DNA of 64,000 nucleotides from Octopus sinensis (lineage: Eukaryota), in NCBI RefSeq assembly GCF_006345805.1, contig NC_043023.1, positions 1,798,001-1,862,000 on the forward strand, given 5' to 3'. The notes beneath the pieces were generated by a model. The model did not search any database, had not been told where the DNA came from, and was given only the letters and a program-made list of their open reading frames with translations. Shown here piece by piece: positions 24,380 to 38,029 of this stretch (position 1 is its first letter; each line of letters starts with the position of its first letter). The translations under genes were made by a program, and so were the position numbers.

Positions 24380-25140
24380 CTATATATATATACCAGCAAA
24401 GACACTCAGGATTAAGATGGCATAGTTTGTATATAATATATTATAGTTATGTGGAAACAGGTGATATGGGAAAGTGCAAGCATTGACAAAAAAATATTTG
24501 GGAAATAAATGATGAGCTAATTTGACTAATAACATGCTATGCATCCGTTTGGAGTATTTCAGGCCCAAACCTGTGGGGTTATGTGATTTTTGAATGCACC
24601 TAGAAGCTGTCAATGAATATACTCTCTTTTGCAGCAGTCGGCGCTGTGTCTAACATGACCCATCACCTGAAATAGTGACACCTCCTTCGGGTTTGTTGTC
24701 CTACATCACTCATAGAGTAAATTTGGAGGGACTGTGGTTGTTCATTTGTGGGTAACAGGGAACTAATGAGGTGATAGACTTGCCCTTGAACTTTGACATC
24801 ATTTGCAGAGTTGTATTGTCTGATATCGTTCAGAAAATCCTTTGACTGGATGGAAGTGCCTTCTAGAAGATCCATAAGAGGTTGAGAAGGAGCTTAGTAG
24901 TGCTGGCAATGTTACCTGACCACCTGAGTACACATACCTTTTGTTTCATTTGAAAATTTTAAAGCTCTACAGAAATGACAATTTGTGTTAAGCCCACCAA
25001 TTTGGATAGAGTTATTATTTTTATAAGAATGAGATGGATCATATCTGAAAACAGCTTCAGGAGTAGTGAAGAACAAATTTGTAAGTAGTCTGTTTCTGAG
25101 AGCTATTCTATTGGACCTCTGTTTAATCATTAAAACATTG
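24380..25140 (-). mobile_element. Internally deleted Helitron with Rep-domain remnants
   Basis: FRYDP...IGGLNTNCHFCRALKFSNETKGMC and FLNDIRQYNSA...KVQGQVYHLISSLLP...PQSLQIY match Helitron Rep N-terminal motifs. Confidence 0.88.
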
Positions 25141-26374
25141 ATTTAATGATCCGGCAGTAAGTGCTGCAACATGCTTTTGCTGATGTTGAGAAAATCTCAT
25201 CTAGCTTCTCTCTTCAGACTCTCCTCTTTGGTTTCTATAATCCTCCTTGCTTTATACTTGTTTCTGTAGAGATTACATCGTTTCTTTGGTGGCATATTTT
25301 CCCCAATATTGTAAATAAAAAATTATGAACATAGAAAGAAATTACACAGTAATCCCTATTTTTGTAAGCAGTTGTATCCGTAAAACTTTTATTTGAAGAG
25401 AGCAGAAATTGAAAGAAAGGAAAGCGAAAAGAGCAGAGAAAGAAAATGAAAGATGTATGTACATCTATTGAAATGAATGTGTGTGTGTGCATGTGTGTAT
25501 GCATACGTGCTTGCACGTGTGTATGTAAGAGAGAAAGAGGGTGGGAAAGAGATAGAGTGAGTAAGTAAAGGTGTGTGTAGTGATTATTGATGTCTTTTAA
25601 GGTAAACACACATAGAAAATGTGACATCATTGTATAAAATTTTTACGATAGTTGATTTATGGAAAAATTATGTTAAATTTTTGAAATGCAAATATGTGAG
25701 TGGAAATTAAGTTTAATTTGTAGCCAAAATAGTACTGAATCTTTTGATACCCCATATGTCAAAATCTCTAACTCGTTTTTAGAAAGTATAAGGAATATAG
25801 GACAGTACCTCACATAACAATACGGATGTAAGACCTGGTATCTGTATACGTGTGTATGATCAAAGATTTTTCTTCAAATTTCCTTATTAACTTCTCTATA
25901 ATTGATTTTGAATAACTACACTTCTAAGTCCCTTCATATTTCAACCTTTTAAAACCTTATCAGCCTCGCTTTTTGAATGATGTGATGACTGCAGCACCTT
26001 GTTGCACAGAACATTTTAAAGAAATTAACAGTGAAGGCAATGGCTTGGTGGTCAGTGTATTCAGCTTATGAATTTGATTCCTGGCATTACATTGCATCCT
26101 TGAACAAGACACTTTACTTCACATTGCTCCATTCCACTCAGCTAGCAAAAACGAGTTGTACCTGTGTTTCTAAGGGCCAGCCTTGTCATATTCAATGACA
26201 GGCTGAATCTCGCTGAGAACTACATTAAGAGTATGCATGTCTGTGGAGTACTCAGCCACTTGCACATTAATTTCAGGAGCTGGCTGTTCTGTTGATTCGA
26301 TCAATTGAAACATTTCTTCTCATACCCAAAGGAGTGCCAGAATCCAGCAGAAAACCCCTAGAAGGAAAGTATAT

Positions 26375-27020
26375 CATCATCATCATCATATCTTCATCAT
26401 TTAACATCCGTTTTCCATGCTAGCATGGGTTGGACGATTCAACGGGGGTCTGGGAAGACAGGAGGCTGCACCAGGATCCAGTCTGATCTGGCAGAGTTTC
26501 TACAGCTGGATGCCCTTCCTAACGCTAACCACTCCGTGAGTGTAGTGGGTGCTTTTTATGTGCCACTGGCACAGGGGCCAGAGGAGGCTGGCAACGTCCA
26601 TGATTGGTTGGTGCTTTTTACATGCCACCTGCACAGGTATCACAACTACAATTTCCATTTGTTTATTATTTTGATGCTGATGTACTTAACTCAATAAGTC
26701 ACCTCAAGCATAGCAGCTCACCCTACAATCCGAGGTAAGCACAACAGGCCATCCTGCGAGCCATGAACTCACTTTATTTGTCAGGTCTTCGCAGTCACAG
26801 CATATCTCCAGAGGTCTCAGTCTTTGGTCATTGCCTCTGTGAGGCCCACCTTTCAACGGTCATGCTTGACCACCTCATCCCATGTCATCCTGGGTCTACC
26901 TCTACACCGGATTCCTTCAACTGTTTGGGAGTGGCACTTCTTCACACATCTCTCTTCATCCATCCGTAGTACATGACCATACCAGCGCAAACGTCTCTCC
27001 TGCACACCACATCTGATGCT
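26375..27020 (-). mobile_element. 5'-truncated RTE copy including ORF C-terminus
   Basis: accataccagcgcaaacgtctctc matches 5578-5601. (TGA)n tail at ~26375-26400. Confidence 0.85.
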
Positions 27021-27104
27021 TCTTATTAACAGATAAATTCACAATATGTAAATTTAAAACTGTTCACCAGTTAATTCAATTTTATGTTCCAGAGTTTATG
27101 TTCC

Positions 27105-27312
27105 AGGCGTAGGAGTGGCTGTGTGGTAAGTAGCTTGCTTACCAACCACACGGTTCCAGGTTCAGTCCCACTGCGTGGCACCTTGGGTAAGTGTCTTCTA
27201 CTATAGCCTCGGGCTGACCAAAGCCATGTGAGTGGATTTGGTAGACGGAAACTGAAAGAAGCCTGTCGTATATATGTATGTATATATATATATATGTATG
27301 TATGTATATATA

Positions 27313-27352
<40 letters not shown>

Positions 27353-27573
27353 GTATGTGTGTGTATGTTTGTGTCTGTGTTTGTCCCCCCAACATCGCTT
27401 GACAACCGATGCTGGTTTGTTTGCGTCCCCGTAACATAGCGGTTCGGCAAAAGAGACCGATAGAATAAGTTCTAGGCTTACAAAGAATAAGTCCCGGGGT
27501 CGATTTGCTCGACTAAAGGCGGTGCTCCAGCATGGCCGCAGTCAAATGACTGAAACAAGAAAAAGAGTAAGGA
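27105..27573 (+). mobile_element. SINE family A, representative full-length copy
   Basis: A box TGGCTGTGTGG, B box GGTTCAGTCCC, GCACCTTGGGTAAGTGTCTT motif, internal (TA)n(TG)n, and tail GGCGGTGCTCCAGCATGGCCGCAGTCAAATGACTGAAAC. Other full copies lie at ~21785-22200, 27780-28175, 31240-31635, 36890-37290, 39160-39550, 47125-47552, 52860-53685 (two), 57975-58390, 59975-60435 and 61270-61685. Confidence 0.92.
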
Positions 27574-28977
27574 GTAGTTTATGTCATTCTTGCTGTATCT
27601 CCAAGTGCATGCATGTGTGTGTGTATCTACAAGAGATCATAAAGACTTTTTCATATTTCCTTTTTAGCCTCTTATAGTTACTTTAGGGTAATCACACTTC
27701 TAAGACCCTTCATATTCCTACTTTTTAAAGCCTTAATCAGCCTCACCTTTTGAACAAAGGGATGACTGCAGCACCTGGTTCTTTTATTCTTTTCCTTTTG
27801 TTTGTTTTGGTCATTTGACTGCGGCCATGCTGGAGCACCGCCTTTAGTTGAGCAAATCAACCCCAGGACTTATTCTTTGTAAGCCTAGTACTTATTCTAT
27901 TGGTCTCTTTTGCCGAACCACTAAGTGATGGGGACATAAACACACTAGCATCGGTTGTCAAGCGATGTTGGGGGGATACACACAGACACACAAACATATA
28001 TATATATACGACGGGCTTCTTTCAGTTTCTGTCTACCAAATCCACTCACAAGGCTTTGGTCTGCCCGAAGCTATAATAGAAGACACTTGCCCAAGGTGCC
28101 ACACAGTGGGACTGAACCCAGAACCGTGTGGTTGATAAGCAAGCTACTTACCACATAGCCACTCCTGCGCCTATTCACCAAAAATCCCCAGAAGGGGGTA
28201 TATGTTAAGAAATACATTCAAAACATTAAATCAGGTCACTTGCTATGCAAGTACATCTCCATAATTAAATTTAAAATTATCATTTAATTAAAACTTACGA
28301 TCTAGGGTTTATTTCACGTGTGACATAGCACTAGTGGATGTTTGAGATCAAAATTATTTTTTCAAATTTCTTAGCCTTTTACTTTGGAGAAAACCACACT
28401 TCTAAATCCCTCCATATTTCAACTTTTGTAGACCTTATCAGCCTCACCTTTTGAACAAAGTGATGACTGAAGCACCTTGTTGCACGGAACATTTTTAAGA
28501 AATCAACGAAAAATTCCCAGAAGGGGATTATATGTTAACAAATACATTCAAAATCACTAAATTTAAAATTGTTTATCAGTTAACCGAAACCATCGTTGCA
28601 GAGATTATTTCACGTGCACCATAGCTCCGAGAGGTGTTTGGCTATTAATAAATCTTCCACAGATAATTGGTTACCAATTTTTTGTAGAATTCTATCTAGG
28701 ATTATAGAATTTTTGTGATTATATTCATGAGATAAGGCCGAGAAGGTCTTAAATATTAATGGACTTAAGAAAATTATTGTTTGGAAATTCAATTTGAAGA
28801 AATAAGGATATATATATATATATATACATTTGTATATATATATAAATGAAATGTTACAAAAAAAGGTTAAATATTAATATAATGTTAGGTTCAAAATAAC
28901 AAGTCTAAAAAATAATCTGTTCCTTGTATGCATGTATGTATATATGTATATGTATAAATATATTATAATATATATAT

Positions 28978-29026
<49 letters not shown>

Positions 29027-29111
29027 GACATATAGACAGACATACATACAGACAGACAGACAGATGGATAGATAGTTAGACAGAGAGATAGATAGGCAGA
29101 TAAATAGATAG

Positions 29112-29142
<31 letters not shown>

Positions 29143-29167
29143 GATATATAAATAAATATATATATAT

Positions 29168-29274
<107 letters not shown>

Positions 29275-29835
29275 CATGGATAGATAGATAGATTGATACT
29301 GATAAATACATGCATATAAATATGCATAGAAATAGATGATTGAATGTGTATTATATCTATACATGTACATAATAGATATTAGCATACATACATTCACATA
29401 TATATGTAAGTGTGAATACACACACATATATATATATATTCATACATTTATGTGTGTATATATGTGTGTGTGTATATATATATATACATACATACATACA
29501 TACATATACATATATATGTATGTACATATATATGTATGTGTGATTAATAAAGATTGTTGTATATTCCATCTTCCATCTCATTAATTTTTACATACACACA
29601 CAAATTATTCATCCATAGGTTTTCAGATTTTAAGTTCAAATTCATTTGTGTGCTACTTTGTATTTTCCAAACTGAACACATCAAGCCCTCACCTTTTCTC
29701 TGTACATATTCATATATCTTCTTGTAAATACAGGCATTCCAGTTGATCCGATTAATAGAACAGCTTACTCCTGAAATTAACCATTTTGTTATCATATTTC
29801 TGTTGAGATGCTCTATGTTTCTTTTGATTACTTTA

Positions 29836-30174
29836 AAATATAACAAAGAATTTAATAAAATAGCTTAGTTATCATTCAGGTAGTTTTTGGAACATAAATT
29901 GTGACTAAGGATTGGTGGAAGATTTTAATTCAAAACTTATGTAAACAAGACATTTGTATTACAGAGCCAGAGCTGGTTTCAGCCAGGTTGGTATCAAAAG
30001 GGTTAAATATAACAAAGAATTTAGTAAAATAACTTAGTTATCATTAAGCTAGTGTTAGGAACATAAATTGTGACTAAGGTTTGGTGGAAGATTTTAATTC
30101 AAAACTTATGGAAACAAGACATTTGTACTCAGAGCCAGAGGTAGTTTCAGCCAGGTTGGTATCAAAAGGGTTAA
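29836..30174. repeat. Tandem dimer of a ~169-bp unit ending ...AAAAGGGTTAA (possible TTAA-target DNA-transposon end)
   Basis: Units start at ~29836 and 30005. The piggyBac-like reading of the terminus is inference. Confidence 0.75.
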
Positions 30175-31395
30175 GCAAATGTTTTCTTCTGATATAATAA
30201 GAAGGCAATCAACAGCAAAGAGATCCAGCAGGGACATATTGTATGGGGAGAGCGGGAGACAGAAGGGACAGTAGGGGTAAACAGTGGGGGGTGCACATGT
30301 GTAGGGGAAGTGAGGAGGTGTTGCGAAGATTGAATGTCAGGGAGAAGTCAGTCAGAAGACAGATTATGTGTGTGGCAGGCAGGATGGGCATAAAGGGCAT
30401 GCCTTTATGGTTTTGATCTTACTTAACTAGATGGGGTTTCTCAACCATAGCAAATTGCCAATTATCATGGGCCTTTATAAAGTATACATATATTTCTTTA
30501 TAATACTTTCCTACATAATTTCAATTTATAATGTGAGGTATAATATTGTATAAAACCTCCATATTTTAAGTGCATGTTAGTGTGTTGTACTGATTTATAC
30601 AGTGTAACAGTTAGAGTCCTGAAGTTTGTGACTTATAGTTTTACAGTCAAATTTATGGATTATATTGGTCATCTATCGTGACAAACAGATCAATATATGA
30701 CTGCTAATGCATAATGCTAATGGTCAAAATCCCTTTCCAGGAATGTTTACATGAATTCAACTACTATATAAGAAACAAAAACACCAAACATATTCAGTTC
30801 CTGATAATGAGATTATGAAAGTCTATACCAGATGTGGACTTAATACTTCTACTGTTGCAAACCTTCTCCAAAAAATATTATAAATATAAAATAGAAGAGA
30901 AATCATTAATATGGTTGTGTATATAATGGCATATGTATGAAAAACAAATGCTGAGTGAAGATTAATGAATGTGAGTTAAGTATAAAGAATTCTTTAAATG
31001 CTGTGATGTATAGAAAAAGAGTGGTAAATTTCCTGCAAGGCCATTTCACAATTTGTTGCTGGCTCTTCAGAGAAGACACAGTCAGCATTCATTCCCAATC
31101 AACAGCATAAAGACATAAGTTACCATACAAAGCAGTCATAAATTAGGCTAGTTCATCAGTTGACAGCCTAATATGCATATTAGGGCTGTCATTGTCTCAT
31201 CATTAATCACCCCCTCTCTCTCTCTACATATATATATATAGGCATAGGAATGGTTGTATAGTAAGTAGCTTGCTTCCCAACCACATGGTTCAGTCCCACT
31301 GCATGGAACCTTGGGCAAGTGTCTTCTACCATAACCTTCTGCTGACCAAAGCCTTGTGAGTGGATTTGGTAGATGGGAACTGAAAGAAGCCTGTC

Positions 31396-31437
<42 letters not shown>

Positions 31438-32019
31438 GCTTCTCTGTTTCTCAACCCACCACTGCTTGACAACCGACATTGGTGTGTTTACGTCCCTGTA
31501 ACTTAACGGTTCGGCAAAAGAGACCGATAAATTAAGTACTAGGCTGACAAAGAATAAGTCTTGGGGTTGATTTGTTTGACTAAAGGCGGTGCTCCAGTAT
31601 GACCACAGTCAAATGACTGAAAGAATTAAAAAGAATATATATATATATATCTCATGAAAAACTATGTAGAGAAAATTATATCTTTATTATTAAAGATCTC
31701 ATCTTATAAAGCCAACAATTGTTTCTATTGCATTAACATTTTTCTAACACACACGTGTGTGTGTGTGGAAGTGCATGACTTAGTGGGTAGGGTGTTGGAC
31801 TCATGATAGTAAGATTGCAGTTTCAATTCCTGGATCAGGTAACACATAGTGTTTTTGAGCTAAACTCTTCATTTCCATATTGCTCCAGTCCACTGAGCTG
31901 GCCAAAGGGAGTTACTCTGCTCAGGACTGGCATCCTACCTAGGAGAGAATATATACCCCACGGAAACCAGGAAGCTGTCCTTGTAAATCTATAAAACCTT
32001 GGAAGGATCTTTATCCTTT

Positions 32020-32062
<43 letters not shown>

Positions 32063-32739
32063 ATAAATATATATATAGATGTACATATTGTGTAGAATAT
32101 AGTGTGAATCATGGAAAAAGACCCCACATCTCCTTTTCCGACACAGTATCAGTTTAGAAAGGATGCACTTACATTCTTCTCAGTTCACTCACAGCTAGGC
32201 TTTGTAACATCTATCTTTATTATTTCAGTTCTAATTCACACAGTATTGTGCATAAAATATATATTATGTTATATATATATACCATGTATATAAACGCACA
32301 AATGCACACAGAGCTACATGTACACACACACACACATGTATGCACATGCGCACACATGTACACACACATACACACACACATATACACTCCCTCCAGTTAT
32401 GCTTTCTTATCTGTTTGAGGTATCAGGTGTATGTATTATTTAGATACTCTGGATTATTCCAGAAGAACACCTGATGGTTCTTTCAAGCAGTTTATGTTAG
32501 TGTTTTTACAATATATATATATATAGATACGCAAACGCATACACACATACATGTATATATATTATTTATATTATATATATATATATGCATAATATATATA
32601 TATATATGTGTGTGTGTATATGATGATATATATATAATATAATATATATATATAATATAATATTATATATATATATATATAATATATATATATATGTACA
32701 TACTATATCTATATTTTTAGATGTATGTATATATGCATA

Positions 32740-32779
<40 letters not shown>

Positions 32780-32862
32780 GATGTGGATAGATAAAGATAG
32801 GTAGAGAAATAGACACATAGGTGCACACATACACACATGTATGTATGTATGTATGTGTGTAC

Positions 32863-32897
<35 letters not shown>

Positions 32898-33369
32898 TAT
32901 ATAGTGAGAATTTACAAAAAAATACAAAAGATGAAGACGGGTGTGTAAACAACAAACAGATGTATTAATTTATATATACATATACATACATACACATAAA
33001 CACATACAAACTCTCGTCCGCACATGCTCACACACACATACACTGTCACAAAAACAATGTAGTAAACAATAATATTTTTGCAGTGTATATTTATATACAT
33101 CGGCATCAAATAACAAAAAGAGTATAAACAAAAACAACATTGCAATAACAAACAATATCGTCATGACAACACTGATAACAACATCAATGAGGGTGTGTAT
33201 GAAATAATGGGACTAACAACATTTACAATAACTAGCAATGAGAATAATATTAAAAACAGCAACAAAAACACCAACAACAATAACAATAGCAGCTGTAATA
33301 CCACAGCAACAACAACAACAGCAACAATGAAGGCTACAAGAGGAAGAACAACAACAATAATAATCCGTT

Positions 33370-33767
33370 CTACTATAGGCAGAAGGCCTGGAATTTGTAG
33401 TGGTGGGGGTGGAGATAGTCGATTACATCGACACCAGTTCGTAACTGGTACTTAATTTATTGATCTTGAAAGGATGAAAGGCAAAGTTGACCTCGACGGA
33501 ATTTGAACTCAAAACATAACGGCAGACAAAATACCTATTTCTTTACTACCCACAAGGGGCTAAACACAGAGAGGACAAACAAGGACAGACAAACGGATTG
33601 AGTCGATTACATCAACACCAGTGTGTAACTGGTACTTAATTTATCGACCCCGAAAGGATGAAAGGCAAAGTCGACCTCGGCAGAATTTGATCTCAGAATG
33701 TAACGGCAGACGAAATACCATTAAGCATTTTGCCCAGCATGCTAACATTTCTGCCAGCTCACTGCCT
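33370..33767 (-). mobile_element. SINE family B chimeric dimer (tail 1 unit followed by tail 2 unit)
   Basis: Junction AAATAC|CTATTTC at ~33534. The head abuts a (TAA)n tract. Confidence 0.8.
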
Positions 33768-33778
33768 TAATAATAATA

Positions 33779-33815
<37 letters not shown>

Positions 33816-33911
33816 TAATAATAATAATAATAATAATAATGATGAGATGATGATGAGAATAATAATCAAATAATCATAATAATAATAATAATAATGATGA
33901 GATGATGATAA

Positions 33912-33988
<77 letters not shown>

Positions 33989-33999
33989 TGATGATGATG

Positions 34000-34031
<32 letters not shown>

Positions 34032-34075
34032 CATAATAATCATAATAATGATAATCATAATAATAATAATAATAA
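33768..34075. repeat. (TAA)n/(TGA)n microsatellite
   Basis: Direct inspection. Another tract lies at ~58957-59367. Confidence 0.97.
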
Positions 34076-34429
34076 GTCTCTAAAAAGGAAAGCTAATGAA
34101 ATTAGCAACAAACAACAACAGTCATAAAAGAAAACATCAACAAAAATATAAACAAGTAGGCTTACCTCCCAACCACATGGTTGCCACATGAGTGGATTTA
34201 GTAGACAGAAACCGAAAGAAGCCTGTCATGTATATATATATATATATACATACATATATACATAGGCGCAGGAGTGGCTGTGTGGTAAGTAGCTTGCTAA
34301 CCAACCACATGGTTTCCGGTTCAGTCCCAATGCGTGGCATCTTGGGCATGTGTCTTCTGCTATAGCCCCAGGCCGACCAATGCCTTGTGAGTGGATTTGG
34401 TAGATGGAAACTGAAAGAAGCCTGTCGTA

Positions 34430-34476
<47 letters not shown>

Positions 34477-34909
34477 TTGTGTGTCTGTGTTTGTCCCCCT
34501 AGCATTGCTTGACAACCGATGCTGGTGTGTTTACGTCCCCGTCACTTAGCGGTTCGGCAAAAGAGACTGATAGAATAAGTACTGGGCTTACAAAGAATAA
34601 GTCCCGGGGTCGATTTGCTCCAGTATGGCCGCAGTCAAATGACTGAAATAAGTAGAAGAGTATACATACATATATATATCAGCCGAAATTGCGAAGATGA
34701 TCTGGTTCTTGACTGATGACTGAGAGCTTCGAAAGTCCCGTCTGTGTGTTTTTTTGTCGTCTCTAAAATGTTTCACGTTCTTGTCCCAGTTTGTGTTTTT
34801 TTTAACGTTTACATATATTACTTTTTGTTATTTGAGGGAATAAAATCCAAAACTTACAAGTAAAAAAATTCAATTTAGAAAAACAAAAGCAAATTTCACA
34901 CAGTATAAT

Positions 34910-35156
34910 ATATATATAAAAAATTAGAAAAAAAACACATTTTATCAATTCAAAATGAACAATTAAATTACACCATCTAGAAAATTACATATAATAGAAA
35001 TATTAACATTAAAATAACAATAAAATGTCAATAATTAAGTAAATTGCAAAAAAATAATAATAATAACGTATATAATTTGTAATTATATGTAATTTTCTAG
35101 ATGGTGTAATTTAATTGTTCATTTTGAATTGATAAAAGGTGGTTTTTTTCTAATTT

Positions 35157-35165
<9 letters not shown>
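34910..35165. repeat. AT-rich fold-back element (~85-bp inverted arms)
   Basis: 34940-34995 is the reverse complement of 35082-35137, and the match extends imperfectly into the TA flanks. Confidence 0.88.
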
Positions 35166-35225
<60 letters not shown>

Positions 35226-35326
35226 AATGTGAGGATAAAATTCTTTTCGAAAAAAAGTATTTTCTCGAAAAAAATTTTATCAATGGCCAGCATATTAAAA
35301 AATACCTTAAACGGTTAAATTTATAA

Positions 35327-35714
35327 ACAATTCATAAATGAGGGCAAAGGAAAAAATTTCTAATGCCAAATATGCCAAAAAATTGGACATATTGTCCATT
35401 AACCATATAATTTTTTCACAATATGCACGCTACTCGAAAAAAGGTCGACAGAAATTTCTAAAAAATTCCCTTATTACCATATCGGACCAATTTCAGAGTT
35501 AGCTACTAAGAGCCCTCTCTTCGTCAGTGATACATGTGGTAAAAGAAATAAATGAGATACTCACTCATACCCATGGAAGAAGCAAATACTAAGTCATGGG
35601 CACAACAAAGTACTCCAAATACATCCAAAATATGGATGTTAATGGACAATATGTCCAATTTTTCGGCATATTTGGCATTAGAAATTTTTGCGTTTGCCCT
35701 CATTTATGAATTGT
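35327..35714. mobile_element. Element with ~77-bp inverted terminal arms and an internal hammerhead
   Basis: Arms 35327-35403 and 35638-35714 are reverse complements. Confidence 0.8.
35474..35542 (-). ncRNA. Type I hammerhead ribozyme motif, partly decayed
   Basis: TATCA-CTGACGA-AGAG...CTCT-GAAAT-TG-GTC-CGATA, with distal helix TTACCA/TGGTAA. Confidence 0.72.
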
Positions 35715-35734
35715 ATATATATATATATATATGT

Positions 35735-35768
<34 letters not shown>

Positions 35769-37512
35769 GTGTGTGTTTGTGTGTGCACATGTATGTTTGT
35801 GTTTGTCCCTCCCTACCCTGCTATCGCTTGACAACCAATGTTTGCGTGTTCATGTCCCTGTAACTTAGTGGTGCAGCAAAAGAAACCGATAGAATAAGTA
35901 CTAGGCTAACAAAGAATAAGTCCTGGGGTAAATTTTTTCATCTAAACCCTTTTAAGGTGGTGCTCCAGCATGGCTGCAGTCAGGTGACTGAAACAAGAAA
36001 ACAAATAAAAAATTAAATCAAAAAATAAAAATAAATCATCTCATAAACATATGACACAATACAGCATCCCATGAACCCCAAACAAGTATGCTTTGGGCTA
36101 ACGGGACAGCACCTTACACATTCAAATGGAAAAAAAACAAACATGCAAACCTCAAAGACAAAAAAATTCAGCCTCCAGCCCACGACTCCCCCACACCAAA
36201 CCCCCATCCAGAGAACTCACCTCCACACCCACCCCTTCCAATCCATCGAACACACATACACAGAAAACTATCAGTAACAAGCTATTTATAAACACCCTGT
36301 TTGGAGCAGGTGCGCATCATAAACACACACTTTGCACCTCTTTATCATTAATATACACCCACCCCTCTGTTTCAATACTCCACTCCTCTGCTATCCAACC
36401 ATCCCATTACCAACACCTCTCACCTTTTCTTGTATGTGATATCCCCATGTGGGATAATTCTTTTACTTTCACTTTCTAAATATAGCTTGCTTGTGTTTTC
36501 ATATCAAGTTATATTTTTTTCTGCTCTCTCAGTGGATATATGTAAGTAACTGTGCATGTATGTATATTTTTTCATGTGAGAGTATGTAAGTTAATATGTA
36601 GTGTGTGTGTTTATGTGTGAGTCCATATGTGTGTGTGGGAATATATGTATGTGTGTGTGGTAATATATGTATGTGTGTGTGGTAATATATGTGTGTGTGT
36701 GTGCTTGAGTGTGATGTGCGTATCCCTCTGTCTGTGAGTCTGGTTTGGTTATTCTGTGTGTGACGTATGCCTATATATGTGCTACTGTATTTATGCGTGT
36801 GTGTATGTATATGTATGCAAGTATGTATCTATGAATGTATCTATCTATCTAAATATGCATGCACACACATACACACACACATTATATTACTCTTTTACTT
36901 GTTGCAGTCATTTGACTGTGGCCATGCTGGAGCACTGCCTTTAGTTGAGCAAATCGACCCCGGGACTTATTCTTTGTAAGCTTAGTACTTATTCTATCAG
37001 ACTCTTTTGCCGAACTGATAAGTTATGGGGACGTAAACACACCAGCATCGGTTGTCAAGCAATGCTAGGGGGACAAACACAGACACACAAATACACACAT
37101 ACATATATATATATACATATATATGACAGGCTTCTTTGAGTTTCCATCTACCAAATCCACTCATAAGGTTTTGGTCGGCTGGAGGCTATAGTAGAAAACA
37201 CTCGCCCAAGGTGCCACACAGTGGGACTGAACCCATAACCATGTGGTTGGTAAGCAAGCTACTTACCACGCAGCCACTCCTGTGCCTATTAGAAGAAAAA
37301 TCAGAAACCAAGGCAGAATGAGTATCTCAAGTCATTTAGAAAAATTTAATTAGGATAAGGGGAATTTGAAGCCTTACAGCCATTTGTGGGATAACCCAAG
37401 TGGTTGGTTAGCATGTCCCTGCATTGGCCACTCGGTCATCAGAGACAAAATACGAAAGTGTGAGACAGGGAAAATTTTCAGTTTACAAGAAATAAAATAG
37501 ATTCACATTTAA

Positions 37513-37901
37513 TCTCTCTCTATATAAAGCTGAAGTTGTCTGTGTATGGCAGGTTTGGTAGCCTTCAACTAACACTGTCTCCTCCGAAACCCTGCGGCGC
37601 AAGTTGACCAAAATTGAGGGTATGATAGAAGGCTTGCTCTTCATTTCATAGAAGAAAAAATTCAAATCAGACCATGGTAACACCAAAAATTATTTATATC
37701 AAGAAGGTGCTTTTTTTCTATGAAAATCCTATTTTTTTACGATTTTTTGACTGCTGTGTCACCATTTTTTTGTATATTTCAACCAGAAAAATGTTCACTT
37801 AAAGAGAATAACAAGCTACATAATGTAAAATTTTTACTTTTCAAAAATTCCAATTCTAAACGGTCGAAACAAACCCGAGTAACGCCGGGCGATACAGCTA
37901 G
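37513..37901 (+). mobile_element. Non-autonomous Helitron
   Basis: A|TC start, subterminal hairpin CCCG...CGGG (37874-89) and CTAG|T end. Confidence 0.85.
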
Positions 37902-38029
37902 TAGGGAATAAAAATGAAGTTTAAAAGAGTAAATAGAAGAATAAAGAGTAAAGAATAATACAGGTAGGAGAATAATGATTACGACTCATCTTTTTCCAGA
38001 GGATATCGAGGTTGGTCAGTACTTCCATG

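Noticed and set aside
34713-34745. CTGATGA...GAAAGTC
   Set aside because: There is no helix II or III pairing.
37397-37445. Minus-strand CTGATGA followed by an 8-bp stem (CCGAGTGG/CCACTTGG)
   Set aside because: The stem is followed by GTTA rather than GAAA, and no helix I partner was found.
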